This document shows positions 36,601-49,200 of a stretch of DNA of 62,694 nt, in pieces. Each line of letters begins with the position of its first letter. Position 1 is the stretch's first letter. The stretch comes from Nemertoderma westbladi. Its lineage: Eukaryota; Animalia; Xenacoelomorpha. Made by a program: the position numbers and the translations under genes. The DNA is taken from positions 1 to 62,694 of the forward strand of contig JAUCBJ010005778.1 of assembly GCA_032718475.1 (NCBI GenBank), written 5' to 3'. Under the pieces are notes generated by a model, which did not search any database, was not told where the DNA came from, and worked only from the letters and a program-made list of their open reading frames with translations.

Positions 36601-36900
36601 GTTGAGGCGTCATTGAGGGTAATTAATGCCTAAAGTCTACTTAGGAAGTCACTATATGCGAGATTACCCTTACAAAGGACATTATCAAGACAGAAGAAGA
36701 AACTTTTGACTACATCCCTGTAATTGAGCTTTGATTCCCACGATGTCATCACCTGAGTATAATTTACACCAATTGGAAAAATAATATTGGCATTCAGTTG
36801 CTGGACGAAACATACCCATAAGATGCCTAAATTGCCTATGATGGGTTGGGCTTTGCAGTTTGGTAATTGTATACCTACGACCTGGAAGGTAGTTAGTTAC
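33700..36900 (-). mobile_element. Degraded APE-RT non-LTR retrotransposon (RTEX-like) in the GPCR intron
   Basis: APE remnants (SYIDHII, SVHMPI), FKGKGRNPLRPSSYRPISSISIFAKIFE, LSPLLFNLY, GCRIGDAWFGAIAYPDD, LWNTLAVPVICYGA; many stops; boundaries approximate. Confidence 0.75.
34073..34612. mobile_element. hAT-type MITE with perfect 8-bp TSD, nested in the LINE
   Basis: Imperfect TIRs caaggcctgattaag / cttaatgcggccctg; TSD ttccagag at 34065-34072 and 34613-34620; LINE reading rejoins across it. Confidence 0.85.
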
Positions 36901-37180
36901 TTTACGTCTAGGGATCTCAGATAATCAGTGCACATTAATATCAGTTGACAGTTGGTTGTGTTGATAATGCATAAAATGTGCATATTTTTAATCAGCACGC
37001 ACCATTTGTGGATAATGTTGCAGATAATTTCCCATTTGTAAGTATGTGACGATATATGGAATTAGGCTACAAGATTCGATTTAGTGAAGTATCTTGGGGC
37101 CGACCTTGACAGCTGTTAAGAAAGCAATTAAAATTGGAAATGACAGGCGCAAACTCATAATTCAAATGGAGCGAATAGTG

Positions 37181-39107
37181 CGAATGGGACAAAGGTACGA
37201 ATGGGACAAAGGTACGAATGGGACGAAGATCCGAATGGGACGAAGGTCCGAATGGGACAAAGGTCCGAATGGGACAAAGGTCCGAATGGCACAAAGGTCA
37301 GAATGGGACAAAGGTCCAAATGGAAAAAAGGTCTGAATGGGACAAAGGTCTGAATGGGACAAAGGTCCGAATGGGACAAAGGTCCGATTCGTTAGGATGG
37401 GACAAAGGTCCGAATGGGACAAAGGTCCGATTCGTCAGGATGGAAGGTCAGAATGGGACAACGGTCCGATTCGTCAGGATGGAAGGTCAGAATGGGACAA
37501 AGGTCAGAATGGGACGAAGGTCCGAATGGGACAAAGGTCCGAATGGGAAAAAGGTCCGAATGGAACAAATGTCCGAATGAGACGAAGGTACGAATGGGGC
37601 GAAGGCAAGAAATGGACAAGGGTCCGAATGGGACAAAGGTCCGAATGGGACAAAGGTCCGAATGGGATAAAGTTCCGAATGGGAAAAAGTTCCGAATGGG
37701 ACAAAGTTCGTACTGGGACAAAGGTCCGAATGGGACAAAGGTCCGAATTGGACAAAGGTCCGAATGGGACAAAGGTCCGAATGGGACAAAGGTCCGAATG
37801 GGACAAAGGTCCGAATGGGACAAAGGTCCGAATGGGACAAATGTCCGAATGGGACAAATGTCCGAATGGGACAAAGGTACGAATGGGGCGAAGGCACGAA
37901 ATGGGACAAAGGTCCGAATGGGACAAAGTTCCGAATGGGACAAAGGTCCGAATGGGACAAAGGTCCGAATGGGAGAAAGGTACGAATGGGACAGAGGTAC
38001 GAATGGGACGAAGATCTGAATGGGACAAAGGTCCGTATGGGACAAAGGTCCGAATGGGACAAAGGTCCGAATGGGACAAAGGTCAGAATGGGACAAAGGT
38101 CAGAATGGGACAAAGGTCAGATTGTGACAAATTTCAGAATGGGACAAAGGTCCGAATTGGACAAAGCTCCGAATGGGACAAAGGTCCGAATGGGACAAAG
38201 GTCCGAATGGGACAAAGGTCAGAATGGGACAAAGGTCCGAATGGGACGAAGGTACGAGTGGGGCGAAGGTACGAATGGGACAAATGTCCTGAATGGGGCA
38301 AAGGTCCTAATGGGACAAAGGCCCGAATGGGACAAAGATCCGTATGGGACAAAGGTCAGAATGGGACAAATGTCCGAAAGGGACAAATGGGACGAAGGTC
38401 CGAATGAGACAAAGGTCCGAATGGGAGAAAGGTCCGAATGGGACGAAGGTACGAATGGGACAAAGGTCAGAATGGGACAAAGGTCCGAATGGGATAAAGG
38501 TACGAATGGGACAAAGGTCCGAATGGGACAAAGGTCAGAATGGGACAAAGGTCAGAATGGGACAAAGGTCCGAATGGGACAAAGGTCCGAATGGGACAAA
38601 GGTCCGAATGGGACAAAGGTCCGAATGTGACAAAGGTCCGAATGGGACAAAGGTCCGAATGGGACGAAGGTACGAGTGGGGCGAACGTACGAATGGGACA
38701 AAGGTCCGAATGGGGCAAAGGTCCTAATGGGACAAAGGTCCGAATGGGACAAAGATCCGTATGGGACAAAGGTCTGAATGGGACAAAGGTCCGAATGGGA
38801 GAAAGGTCCGAATGGGACGAAGGTACGATTGGGACAAAGGTCAGAATGGGACAAAGGTCCGAATGGGACAAAGGTACGAATGGGACAAAGGTCAGAATGG
38901 GACAAAGGTCAGAATGGGACAAAGGTCCGAATGGGACAAAGGTCCGAATGGAAAAAAGGTCCGAATGGGACAAAGGTCAGAATGGGACAAAGCTCCGAAT
39001 GGGACAAAGGTCAGAATGGGACAAATGTCCGAATGGGACAAAAGTCCAAAGGGGACAAAGGTACGAATGGAATGAAGGTACGAATGGGATGAAAGTAAGA
39101 ATGGGTC
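37181..39107. repeat. 17-bp minisatellite (cgaatgggacaaaggtc), roughly 110 units
   Basis: Direct reading; accounts for all overlapping repetitive ORFs in this interval. Confidence 0.97.
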
Positions 39108-40483
39108 CTAAAGTGGCCCAACACGGGCGCCACCTTAAAAAATTTCACTGCAACCTGTACTATTGACTCTTGTGTATTGTTTTGGTTAGAATAAGGTGCC
39201 CCTTCACCTTAATCTATATATTCGGACCTTCATCCTGGAACCCAAATTAACCAACCACAATGCCAATCTGAATAATATGCACCATGAAGCAGGCGTTAGC
39301 AGTTAGAGTGAGCGATATTCCATAAATGAGGGTTCAGGTTCTGGCTAGGGCCTGATTAGTGTGAATAAATTTGGAATCCGTACTCGTGTAATACCAATCT
39401 CTAAATAATACATTTATTATTATTATTATATAAACACTTAACACATAAACAAACGCATTGGCTACTCCACTAAAGCACTCTATAAGAAAATACTTACATA
39501 GCAAGTTCAACTCAGACTCAGATACTAATACTGATAATAACGGGCTAGAAGAACAACTCAAGGAAGAACTAATCAAAAATGTACAAGTGAGCTGCCAGTT
39601 ATCAGTGCTTTGGGAGTTTAAGAAAGGAACAAAGTTGAGATATGATATCATAAAGTACTCAGGGGATTGCATCATTTGGGAACATATGAGAATAATCAGG
39701 GAAATTTGTCGAAAACAATCCCGCTCTTCATATCAGTTTATAGGGATATTCTAGGAATTAATTATATTGAGAATTAATTTATGTCCGAATGCGAGGATAC
39801 AGACTCTTTTCCAAATCCTAATATTAAGAAAAAGGAATATTCCTAAATGCCAGGGGATTGGTAGCGCATATAATTTGGCGGCGAAAGAGTTTCTCATTCC
39901 GTCACTATGGAACTTAATAAATGGATTCTACAGCAGAAAATGTGTACAATTGGAAATAAACACTGGGGCTCTGACAACTCGGGAAATCTTGGACTCCACA
40001 TTCGTGGAATCCACTTACAGCGTTACCAGTGTTAGGTCTATGAGCTTCCTAGTGAAGCATAAAACGATTTAGGATAATTTTTCCATAAATTAACACTAAT
40101 GAGTTACTGTTTATGTGTGCATCTATCTCTGATATATCAGTTGTCAGACTTTTGTATATTTCTGAGAATACATTAATCTATATCTAATATCTATTGAATT
40201 GTGCAATTATGTACCTATACAACAATCTGTGTCCATTTTATTGCATCGGAATTTTATTGAATTTAAATTACAGCCGCCGGGGCGAATTCCGGATATATCA
40301 ATTAATAATATATTTTTCCTCAGACAAGCCAATTAGGGCCATTGCCGTTATCAGTATCGTAAGAAAATATGCAAGAATACAATATATATTAAAGAGAAAA
40401 ATAAAAGTGCACAAAATATATGACGACAACTATTTTAATATAATAGCAAAACAATGCTATAACATTGGGTGTCCCAGGAATTA

Positions 40484-40888
40484 ATTAACTTTAGTCAATG
40501 ACAACGTTTATTTCAGTAAAACAATTACAGTGAAACCATAATACGCAACTGTTGTACAAGATAATACACTCTCACAATACAAGCTATATACCTGGGATGT
40601 AGGAACTGTAAGGAACATTGTTATTATAACCAGAAACATCGGGCAACAGTGGTGCAGGACGAACATAATTAGTATCCCCTTAATTAATTAGTAAACGCAA
40701 ATCTATTGTTGCCAGTATGCTGTGAATACGTAGGCAAACGGAAATTAACATTGCTACTACCTACTGGGCCACACTGACTAGAGGATATAACCACCCGAAA
40801 AATATGCAATAGGATGTGGAGAATTAAAACGAATAGGCCCATGGGTCGGCACAGGAAAGGCCAAAAATTACTCGTGTTACTGGGATCT
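40484..40888 (+). repeat. About 400-bp direct repeat, copy 1
   Basis: attaactttagtcaatgacaacg...ttactgggatct, highly similar to 41618-42026. Confidence 0.9.
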
Positions 40889-41617
40889 ATATTAGCATCT
40901 ATAACAAATAGCATATATATTTAATGTAATAACTATTTACATACTTGTGTATAAAGTAGCACTTTACAGTGTGATGATCCGAGTGGTTTTGTTACACGAA
41001 TGAACGTTAGTGAGTGAGTGAAAATAAAGCCACGAGGATCAGAACACTGTAAAGTACTTTGCAACAAGTATGTATGTAGTTTTATTCCAAAATTTTAACA
41101 TTACGAAATGATTGTACATATACATTATAAGTGATAGAAACTGCACAAATTATATTAGTTGTTGTATAAATAAATGTAAAAATGACATAAATTATGTTAT
41201 AAATAAGTTAGCTTATATTTATGGTGGCGTTTGGAGCCATGTTAATCATTTAGCTACTGGTTATTAATAGCTATACCCCGCCTACCGGTAGGTAATGTAG
41301 TAGGCCGATCTGGCTGTCAGGCAAATTTCCACCTATTGTTTACGTGGTAACCAATGACGGCGTTAAGTAATGTCCCCTTAGTGGACATTACTTAACTCCG
41401 TCATTGGTTACCACGTATACAATAACACCAAATACAATACTAAACGTACAGGCCAATACAATGCTGTAATGTCCTCTAAAGTTGTAAAGTGCTAAATAAC
41501 AACTCGCTGTTAATACTAACGGCGTTGAGTAATGATACAATTTTGGAATAAAATACTTTACAACAAGTACGTCGTATGTAGCTTCATTCCAACATTTCAA
41601 CATTACTACATTACTAC

Positions 41618-42026
41618 ATTAACTTTAGTCAATGACAACGTTTATTTCAGTAAAACAATTACAGTGAAACCATAATAGGCAACTGCTGTACAAGATAATA
41701 CACTCTCACAATACAATCTATATACCTGGGAGTTAGGAACTGTAAGGAACATTGTTATTATAACCAGAAACATCTGGCAACAGTGGTGCAGGACGAACAT
41801 AATTAGTATTCTCTAAATAATTAGTAAACGCAAATATATTGTTGCCAGTATGCTGTGAATACGTAGGCAAACGGAAATTAACATTGCTACTACCTACTGG
41901 GCCACACTGACTAGAGGATATAACCACCCGAAAAATATGCAATAGGATGTGGAGAATTAAAACGAATAGGCCCATGGGTCGGGCCGCCACAGGTAAAGGT
42001 AAAAATTACTCGTATTACTGGGAACT
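41618..42026 (+). repeat. About 400-bp direct repeat, copy 2
   Basis: Matches 40484-40888. Confidence 0.9.
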
Positions 42027-42662
42027 GGGACACGACTCGAGATGGTGTTATCGCTAACACGAGAGCTACCAAATAAGTACGGTAAGAGACCACCCCCCCC
42101 CCCCCCCCCCCCGTCTCCCCCGTTAGCAATCACGGAATTACAATGCTGAATCCAAGCAATTTGTGGGCTACGGGCATTAGTACGTAACAACTTACTTAGT
42201 TACTTGACCCTGGGTGCCAAACGAAAGGGGCGCCAAAATGGCTTTTTTGAGTTGTTATAATTATTTACAGTTGTGGATATTATAAACATAAGTTATAATT
42301 TCAATAAATAAGGAAATATTTTTAATAATAATTTTGATAATAACCTAATATTTTCAAGCAAAATTTGTTACCAAACTAATATCCTCTTAAAATAGACATC
42401 TTAGATATTAATTATCGTGATAATACCTATGGAATTTACTTCCTACTACTACTTACTGCCTTACACTAAAACGAGCCCCAAGGAGAGATAAAATGGCGCC
42501 CTATTGTAGAAAAACACCTGTTTTGAATAGGGCGCAATAATAATAATAATATAACACTGTGAAAAAATGGAAATAGGGCAACTACATTTATTATTTATCA
42601 TTATTCATAAAAAATTTCAATCATTCAATGGGTTTATGAAAAATTGTAAATTGTATTATTTA

Positions 42663-42865
42663 TGGGGGGGGGTGGGGGCAGCAGGGGATGGTTGGAGGGG
42701 GGGAGGAGGGGATGGTTGGAGGGGGAGGAGGGGATGGTTGGAGGGGGGGGGGGGGGGAGGGGGATGGTTGGAGGGGTGGGGAGGGGGGGGGGGGAGGGGA
42801 TGGTTGGAGGGGTGGGGAGGGGGGGGGGGGGTAAAAGTTAGCTGAAAAACCACGCTACGCCACTG
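42663..42865. repeat. G-rich minisatellite (ggatggttggagggg...) ending in a MITE-like terminus
   Basis: Repeated ggatggttggagggg with G-runs; ends gctacgccactg, like the CAGTGGCGTAGC ends of hAT-type MITEs. Confidence 0.55.
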
Positions 42866-43650
42866 GTAACAAGGTTAACTTCAGCAAAAATTTAATATCT
42901 CATTAATGCACTAAGTATACACTCATTAAAAATAATGGAATAATTACTCGAGTTAGATTTTGCTTGTATATTATATATTAATTAGTATGTTTACATAAAC
43001 TCCACTAAAAGAAGATGTTACAAGTTGATAATAAACATTTACTTAGCATAGATAAATAAATCGCAAGCTAGGCCAGCGAGATATTTTCCAACCAACCTAA
43101 TCCTAATTGTCTTCCAATCATACTATCATATAAATTTGTTGATAAGCAAGCAGGTGTGGTAGAAAACAATCATGTGATTATCAACCAAAAACAAATTCAC
43201 TGCTACATCCCTTTAGTAGCTGTTGTGTTATGGGCCTAGATGCATCGCAGATACTTTTATCTACAACCTGAACTCAGAGCATCCAATCCGATGCATCAGC
43301 TCTCAATAAATATTTACACACAGAATGTTTGAGTGTTTGTTCTAGAATGCATCGAAATTTGTCACTATAGAAAAGAAACTTTGATGGGAATAGTTAAAAT
43401 TACAGATATTTGTACCTATTGGTATCTAAATGCGAGGAAGTATATCTGGAGAGTTTTGTGGATCATTAAATAAAGAAATTCGATCTGTTTCTGTTGATCT
43501 TTACCTAGAAATAGATGTAATGATGAATGAAAAGAAAATGTTTGTGTGGATTTTTACCTAAATTCCACATATGTTAGTCAGTAGGCCTACAGATCTTCAC
43601 CTAGTAATCAATAAATAAGCTCCACCATTAACAAATTTTCACTATTCCAG

Positions 43651-44022
43651 ATGTTCTGTACAGCTGTCTGCATAACCTGCCTCACATCAATATTTACCCT
43701 GACCGCAATGAGTTGGCATAGGATGTTCTCAATTCGATTTCCCAAAGCAACCTCGATATACTTCAGTAAGAAAACCTGTGGGGTAACGTGTTTCCTTATC
43801 TGGCTGGTTTCTGGGGTGGCGGGCAGCAGTATATCCAACGGAGTCCTAGCAAACCCTGGCAATAAGCACGGCGCCCACGCCATCAACAGTTGTAGCTACA
43901 AGTTTGTTAGCTGCGACCTGGACTATCCTATCGTCGTCATAGTTATTGGTCTATTTCCTATTTTCTCTATGGTGGGTTGCTATGGATACGTATTCCACAT
44001 GGTCTACAAATCAAAGAGAAGG
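43651..44022 (+). CDS. Class A GPCR, exon 2 (TM3-TM5)
   Basis: Acceptor ttttcactattccag; phase-0 join gives CQ|MFCTAVCITCLTSIFTLTAMSWHR; TM4 IW, ECL2 Cys, TM5 FP...CY; donor agg|gtaagt at 44023. Confidence 0.85.
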
Positions 44023-44888
44023 GTAAGTTGGTACAAAGAACACTGATTAAAACCTTTTTGTGTACTAATTATGTGTGTTCATGTCTGTTGGTTTCCATTG
44101 TGCACTATACCGGTAATTCAGTGTTCCACATCTCCACCCACCCCCTACCCCTACCCCCCCCCCCCCCCCACCCCCCTCTCCACCCTACCCTCACCCCTCC
44201 CCTGGGCGAGGTACTTGGTTTTACTGAAAGCAAATTTGTAGTGGCAATAGTGTATTGAAGTAAGAATGTGTATTTAATATAATAAATATGTATTTGTAGT
44301 GGAAATAGTGTATTTCACGTTGCCTGAAATGTTATCAAATTGTAAGAGGGGATCATTAACAAATTTTCATTTATTAATCAATTCAATTAATATTTAATAA
44401 ATTTAAATATTAATTATTGCACTTGGTTAAAAAGGACAGTATATTTCCGGTATGATACTATTATACATACAGTATACCATACCTTTGTTAACATAACTAC
44501 AACCTGCCAACAAACAGTATCATGTAATGCCTGCCCTTTTCAGAATAATATTGTAATTTGATGCTCAGCTCTATCGTTATGTTGAGGTCGATGAGCGCGA
44601 CAGATTCTGAGCAATTACATATTTACTTTCCTGAAGGGAGGTAATAATGGCAGGAAAACTATAACAAGTAATAAGATATAGCGAAGGTACCTACTACACT
44701 AACATCCGTAGATAGCTACACCTACACAATAATTGTCACACAATATATACGGCAATTAAATTGAATGGAACCTCGCATAATTAATGAACTTCTATATTTT
44801 CCCTCGGAATTATAATTATTAGTGTTAAATGTGTCGGATATCAACCTTGTGGGTATCTAATTGGATTTCATTTTTTCCATTATTGCAG

Positions 44889-45230
44889 GTAGCCAATACC
44901 GGGAACGAGACAAATCGATCGGCAATTAAAATCACGAAACAAGAACTACAGATCTTACGCAATTTGGGTTCCTTAGTGGTTGGTTTCGTACTCTGTTGGG
45001 GACCGTATGACGCACTTCTCCTTTATGATATATTCACCGACCCTCATCCTCTTCTCTTCGTGCGAATAACTCCGCTCGCCTACTTCAACTCAGCCATGAA
45101 CCCCCTACTTCACTATATTCTCAACGACAAAATGAAAGCCGCTTATTTGAGAACTCTCGGATGTAAAAACAGAGTCGGGGCTCTAGAAACAGAAACCGTG
45201 GAGATGCGAACAAATGCAACTCAACAGTAA
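44889..45230 (+). CDS. Class A GPCR, exon 3 (TM6-TM7, C-terminus); spliced product about 337 aa, melatonin-receptor/GPR84/Tre1-like orphan
   Basis: Acceptor ttttttccattattgcag; FVLCWGPY (TM6), NSAMNPLLH (TM7), helix 8 with Cys, TAA at 45228-45230. Confidence 0.85.
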   Translation, partial: VANTGNETNRSAIKITKQELQILRNLGSLVVGFVLCWGPYDALLLYDIFTDPHPLLFVRITPLAYFNSAMNPLLHYILNDKMKAAYLRTLGCKNRVGALETETVEMRTNATQQ

Positions 45231-45350
45231 GGTTGGAGGAACAATGGAACGCGTGGAGAGGAACTGTATAACACAGTGAGGGACGATGCTTAAAAACAAT
45301 TCCTTCTATTAAAAAAGCAGTATGTAGGGCATGCATGCACTCCAAAATGT

Positions 45351-45790
45351 AATAGTACTGGTTCTACTGCTGCTCTAAATAATCGAACATTAAGATTCTG
45401 GACACCCCATTCAAGATCCAATACCGCCCATGCTTCCCTTATTCGACGGTCTTCAACTGACCTCTAGATCCACAATCCCAAGTAGCAGAGGATCCAAGCT
45501 CAACTCAATAACACAATTTTTGGAGTTTATGATGATACGATCAGACATTTCCTAAGCACTGTCGAAGCTACTGTCAAAATTTTTGACTCGGGGTTAACAA
45601 ACATACCAACATTAAATGAAACAAGTAGCTAACAAGTAGCTAGGTTCCAATAATACTCAACAATAGTCAACAAGTCACCCGCAAAGTCTAAACAAGTAAG
45701 ATGCTTGGCTGGGTTTCCTCAACTTCTGGAACCAGTAGGGTCGTTATCACCACATATTTATTATGATTGCATAAGGATATGTCAATCACA
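45351..45790 (-). mobile_element. Diverged RTE-clade LINE fragment
   Basis: Shares gtactgg..ctactgctgctctaaataat with the other RTE copies; minus strand PAKHLTCLDFAGDL is a decayed DLDFADD motif. Confidence 0.65.
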
Positions 45791-46239
45791 TGGTTCGTCC
45801 CACAACAACCACGTCTAAAAACAAATTACATTCAGTTATACTAACTAATCCATTTCTATATGCTACTGTACGGTACTAAACGCAGTAAGGAGAAAAAATA
45901 AAAAAAATTAACTAAACTAATACTATAGTCTATCGACCTCGCTACTACACAAACGCAAATCATTTAACTGCTTAATTGGTAATTAGTGCGATTATCGTGT
46001 CAAAAACAGGAGTAAATATTATGTTCTCGACTGCTGAAAGGGCTCCAATTTTTTAAATTGATTTCAGAGATACACAGATACATCACGATATATTAAATAC
46101 ATCAGGCATTCCTGCAAATCTGACATGGTGGCATGTCATCCCCCCCCCCCCCCCGCCCCACCAGCACAGCTCTGTCTTTACAAAGTTCCTTACAACCATC
46201 CCCAGTAGTAGTACGATTTTTCCGTTAATTTACGTTAAT

Positions 46240-49200
46240 TTGACTACAACATCGTTGTTTTAGGTTGATGATAGTAAATATTTTGATTGATACAACTCGG
46301 GTGGGTTAATTATTTGAGTACTACAACGTTGTTTTACGTTGTGGATAGTAAATATTTTTATTAATACAACTCGGGTGGGTTAATTTGAGTACTACAACGT
46401 TGTTTTTACGTTGTTGATAGTAAATATTTTGATTAATACAACTCGGGTGGGTTAATTTGAGTACTACAACGTTGTTTTTACGTTGTTGATAGTAAATATT
46501 TTTATTAATACAACTCGGGTGGGTTAATTTGAGTACTACAACGTTGTTTTTACGTTGTTGATAGTAAATATTTTGATTAATACAACTCGGGTGGGTTAAT
46601 TTGAGTACTACATCGTTGTTTTACGTTGTTGATAGTAAATATTTTGATTAATACAACTCGGGTGGGTTAATTTGAGTACTACAACGTTGTTTTTACGTTG
46701 TTGATAGTAAATATTTTGATTAATACAACTCGGGTGGGTTAATTTGAGTACTACATCGTTGTTTTACGTTGTTGATAGTAAATATTTTGATTAATATTTG
46801 AATAATATTACTCGGGTGGGTTAATTTGAGTACTACATCGTTGTTTTACGTTGTTGATAGTAAATATTTTGATTAATACAACTCGGGTGGGTTAATTTGA
46901 GTACTACAACGTTGTTTTACGTTGTTGATAGTAAATATTAGAATTACTCGGGTGGGTTAATTTGAGCACTACATAGTTGTTTTACGTTGTTGATAGTAAA
47001 TATTTTGATTAATACAACTCGGGTGGGTTAATTTGAGTACTACAACGTTGTTTTTACGTTGTTGATAGTAAATATTTTGATTAATACAACTCGGGTGGGT
47101 TAATTTGAGTACTACATCGTTGTTTTACGTTGTTGATAGTAAATATTTTGATTAATATTTGAATAATATTACTCGGGTGGGTTAATTTGAGTACTACATC
47201 GTTGTTTTACGTTGTTGATAGTAAATATTTTGATTAATACAACTCGGGTGGGTTAATTTGAGTACTACAACGTTGTTTTACGTTGTTGATAGTAAATATT
47301 AGAATTACTCGGGTGGGTTAATTTGAGCACTACATAGTTGTTTTACGTTGTTGATAGTAAATATTTTGATTAATATTACTCGGGTGGGTTAATTTGAGTA
47401 CTACATAGTTGTTTTACGTTGTTGATAGTAAATATTTTTATTAATACAACTCGGGTGGGTTAATTTGAGTACTACATAGTTGTTTTACGTTGTTGATAGT
47501 AAATATTTTTATTAATACAACTCGGGTGGGATAATTTGAGTACTACAACGTTGTTTTACGTTGTTGATAGTAAATATTAGAATTACTCGGGTGGGTTAAT
47601 TTGAGTACTACATAGTTGTTTTACGTTGTTGATAGTAAATATTTTTATTAATACAACTCGGGTGGGATAATTTGAGTACTACCACGTTGTTTTACGTTGT
47701 TGATAGTAAATATTAGAATTACTCGGGTGGGTTAATTTGAGTACTACATCGTTGTTTTACGTTGTTGATAGTAAATATTAGAATTACTCGGGTGGGTTAA
47801 TTTGAGTACTACATAGTTGTTTTACGTTGTTGATAGTAAATATTAGAATTACTCGGGTGGGTTAATTTGAGTACTACATAGTTGTTTTACGTTGTTGATA
47901 GTAAATATTTTTATTAATACAACTCGGGTGGGATAATTTGAGTACTACCACGTTGTTTTACGTTGTTGATAGTAAATATTAGAATTACTCGGGTGGGTTA
48001 ATTTGAGTACTACATCGTTGTTTTACGTTGTTGATAGTAAATATTAGAATTACTCGGGTGGGTTAATTTGAGTACTACATAGTTGTTTTACGTTGTTGAT
48101 AGTAAATATTAGAATTACTCGGGTGGGTTAATTTGAGTACTACATAGTTGTTTTACGTTGTTGATAGTAAATATTTTTATTAATACAACTCGGGTGGGAT
48201 AATTTGAGTACTACAACGTTGTTTTACGTTGTTGATAGTAAATATTAGAATTACTCGGGTGGGTTAATTTGAGTACTACATAGTTGTTTTACGTTGTTGA
48301 TAGTAAATATTTTGATTAATATTTGAATAATATTACTCGGGTGGGTTAATTTGAGTACTACAACGTTGTTTTACGTTGTTGATAGTAAATATTAGAATTA
48401 CTCGGGTGGGTTAATTTGAGTACTACATCGTTGTTTTACGTTGTTGATAGTAAATATTAGAATTACTCGGGTGGGTTAATTTGAGTACTACATAGTTGTT
48501 TTACGTTGTTGATAGTAAATATTAGAATTACTCGGGTGGGTTAATTTGAGTACTACATAGTTGTTTTACGTTGTTGATAGTAAATATTAGAATTACTCGG
48601 GTGGGTTAATTTGAGTACTACATAGTTGTTTTACGTTGTTGATAGTAAATATTTTTATTAATACAACTCGGGTGGGATAATTTGAGTACTACAACGTTGT
48701 TTTACGTTGTTGATAGTAAATATTAGAATTACTCGGGTGGGTTAATTTGAGTACTACATAGTTGTTTTACGTTGTTGATAGTAAATATTAGAATTACTCG
48801 GGTGGGTTAATTTGAGTACTACAACGTTGTTTTACGTTGTTGATAGTAAATATTTTGATTAATATTTGAATAATATTACTCGGGTGGGTTAATTTGAGTA
48901 CTACAACGTTGTTTTACGTTGTTGATAGTAAATATTAGAATTACTCGGGTGGGTTAATTTGAGTACTACATAGTTGTTTTACGTTGTTGATAGTAAATAT
49001 TTTGATTAATATTTGAATAATATTACTCGGGTGGGTTAATTTGAGTACTACAACGTTGTTTTACGTTGTTGATAGTAAATATTAGAATTACTCGGGTGGG
49101 TTAATTTGAGTACTACATAGTTGTTTTACGTTGTTGATAGTAAATATTTTGATTAATATTTGAATAATATTACTCGGGTGGGTTAATTTGAGTACTACAA

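Noticed and set aside
37067-39166. Many overlapping ORFs (MGQRSEWDKGPNGTKV...)
   Set aside because: Artefacts of a stop-poor 17-bp repeat cycling through frames.
39458-40072. Gag-like or host ORFs
   Set aside because: Only a faint resemblance (KLRYDIIKYSGD) to BEL/Pao gag; broken frames and no supporting LTR or pol.
28251-45230. Trace-amine/TMA receptor matching the neighbouring Tmm-like enzymes
   Set aside because: TM3 lacks the Asp3.32 typical of aminergic receptors and TAARs.
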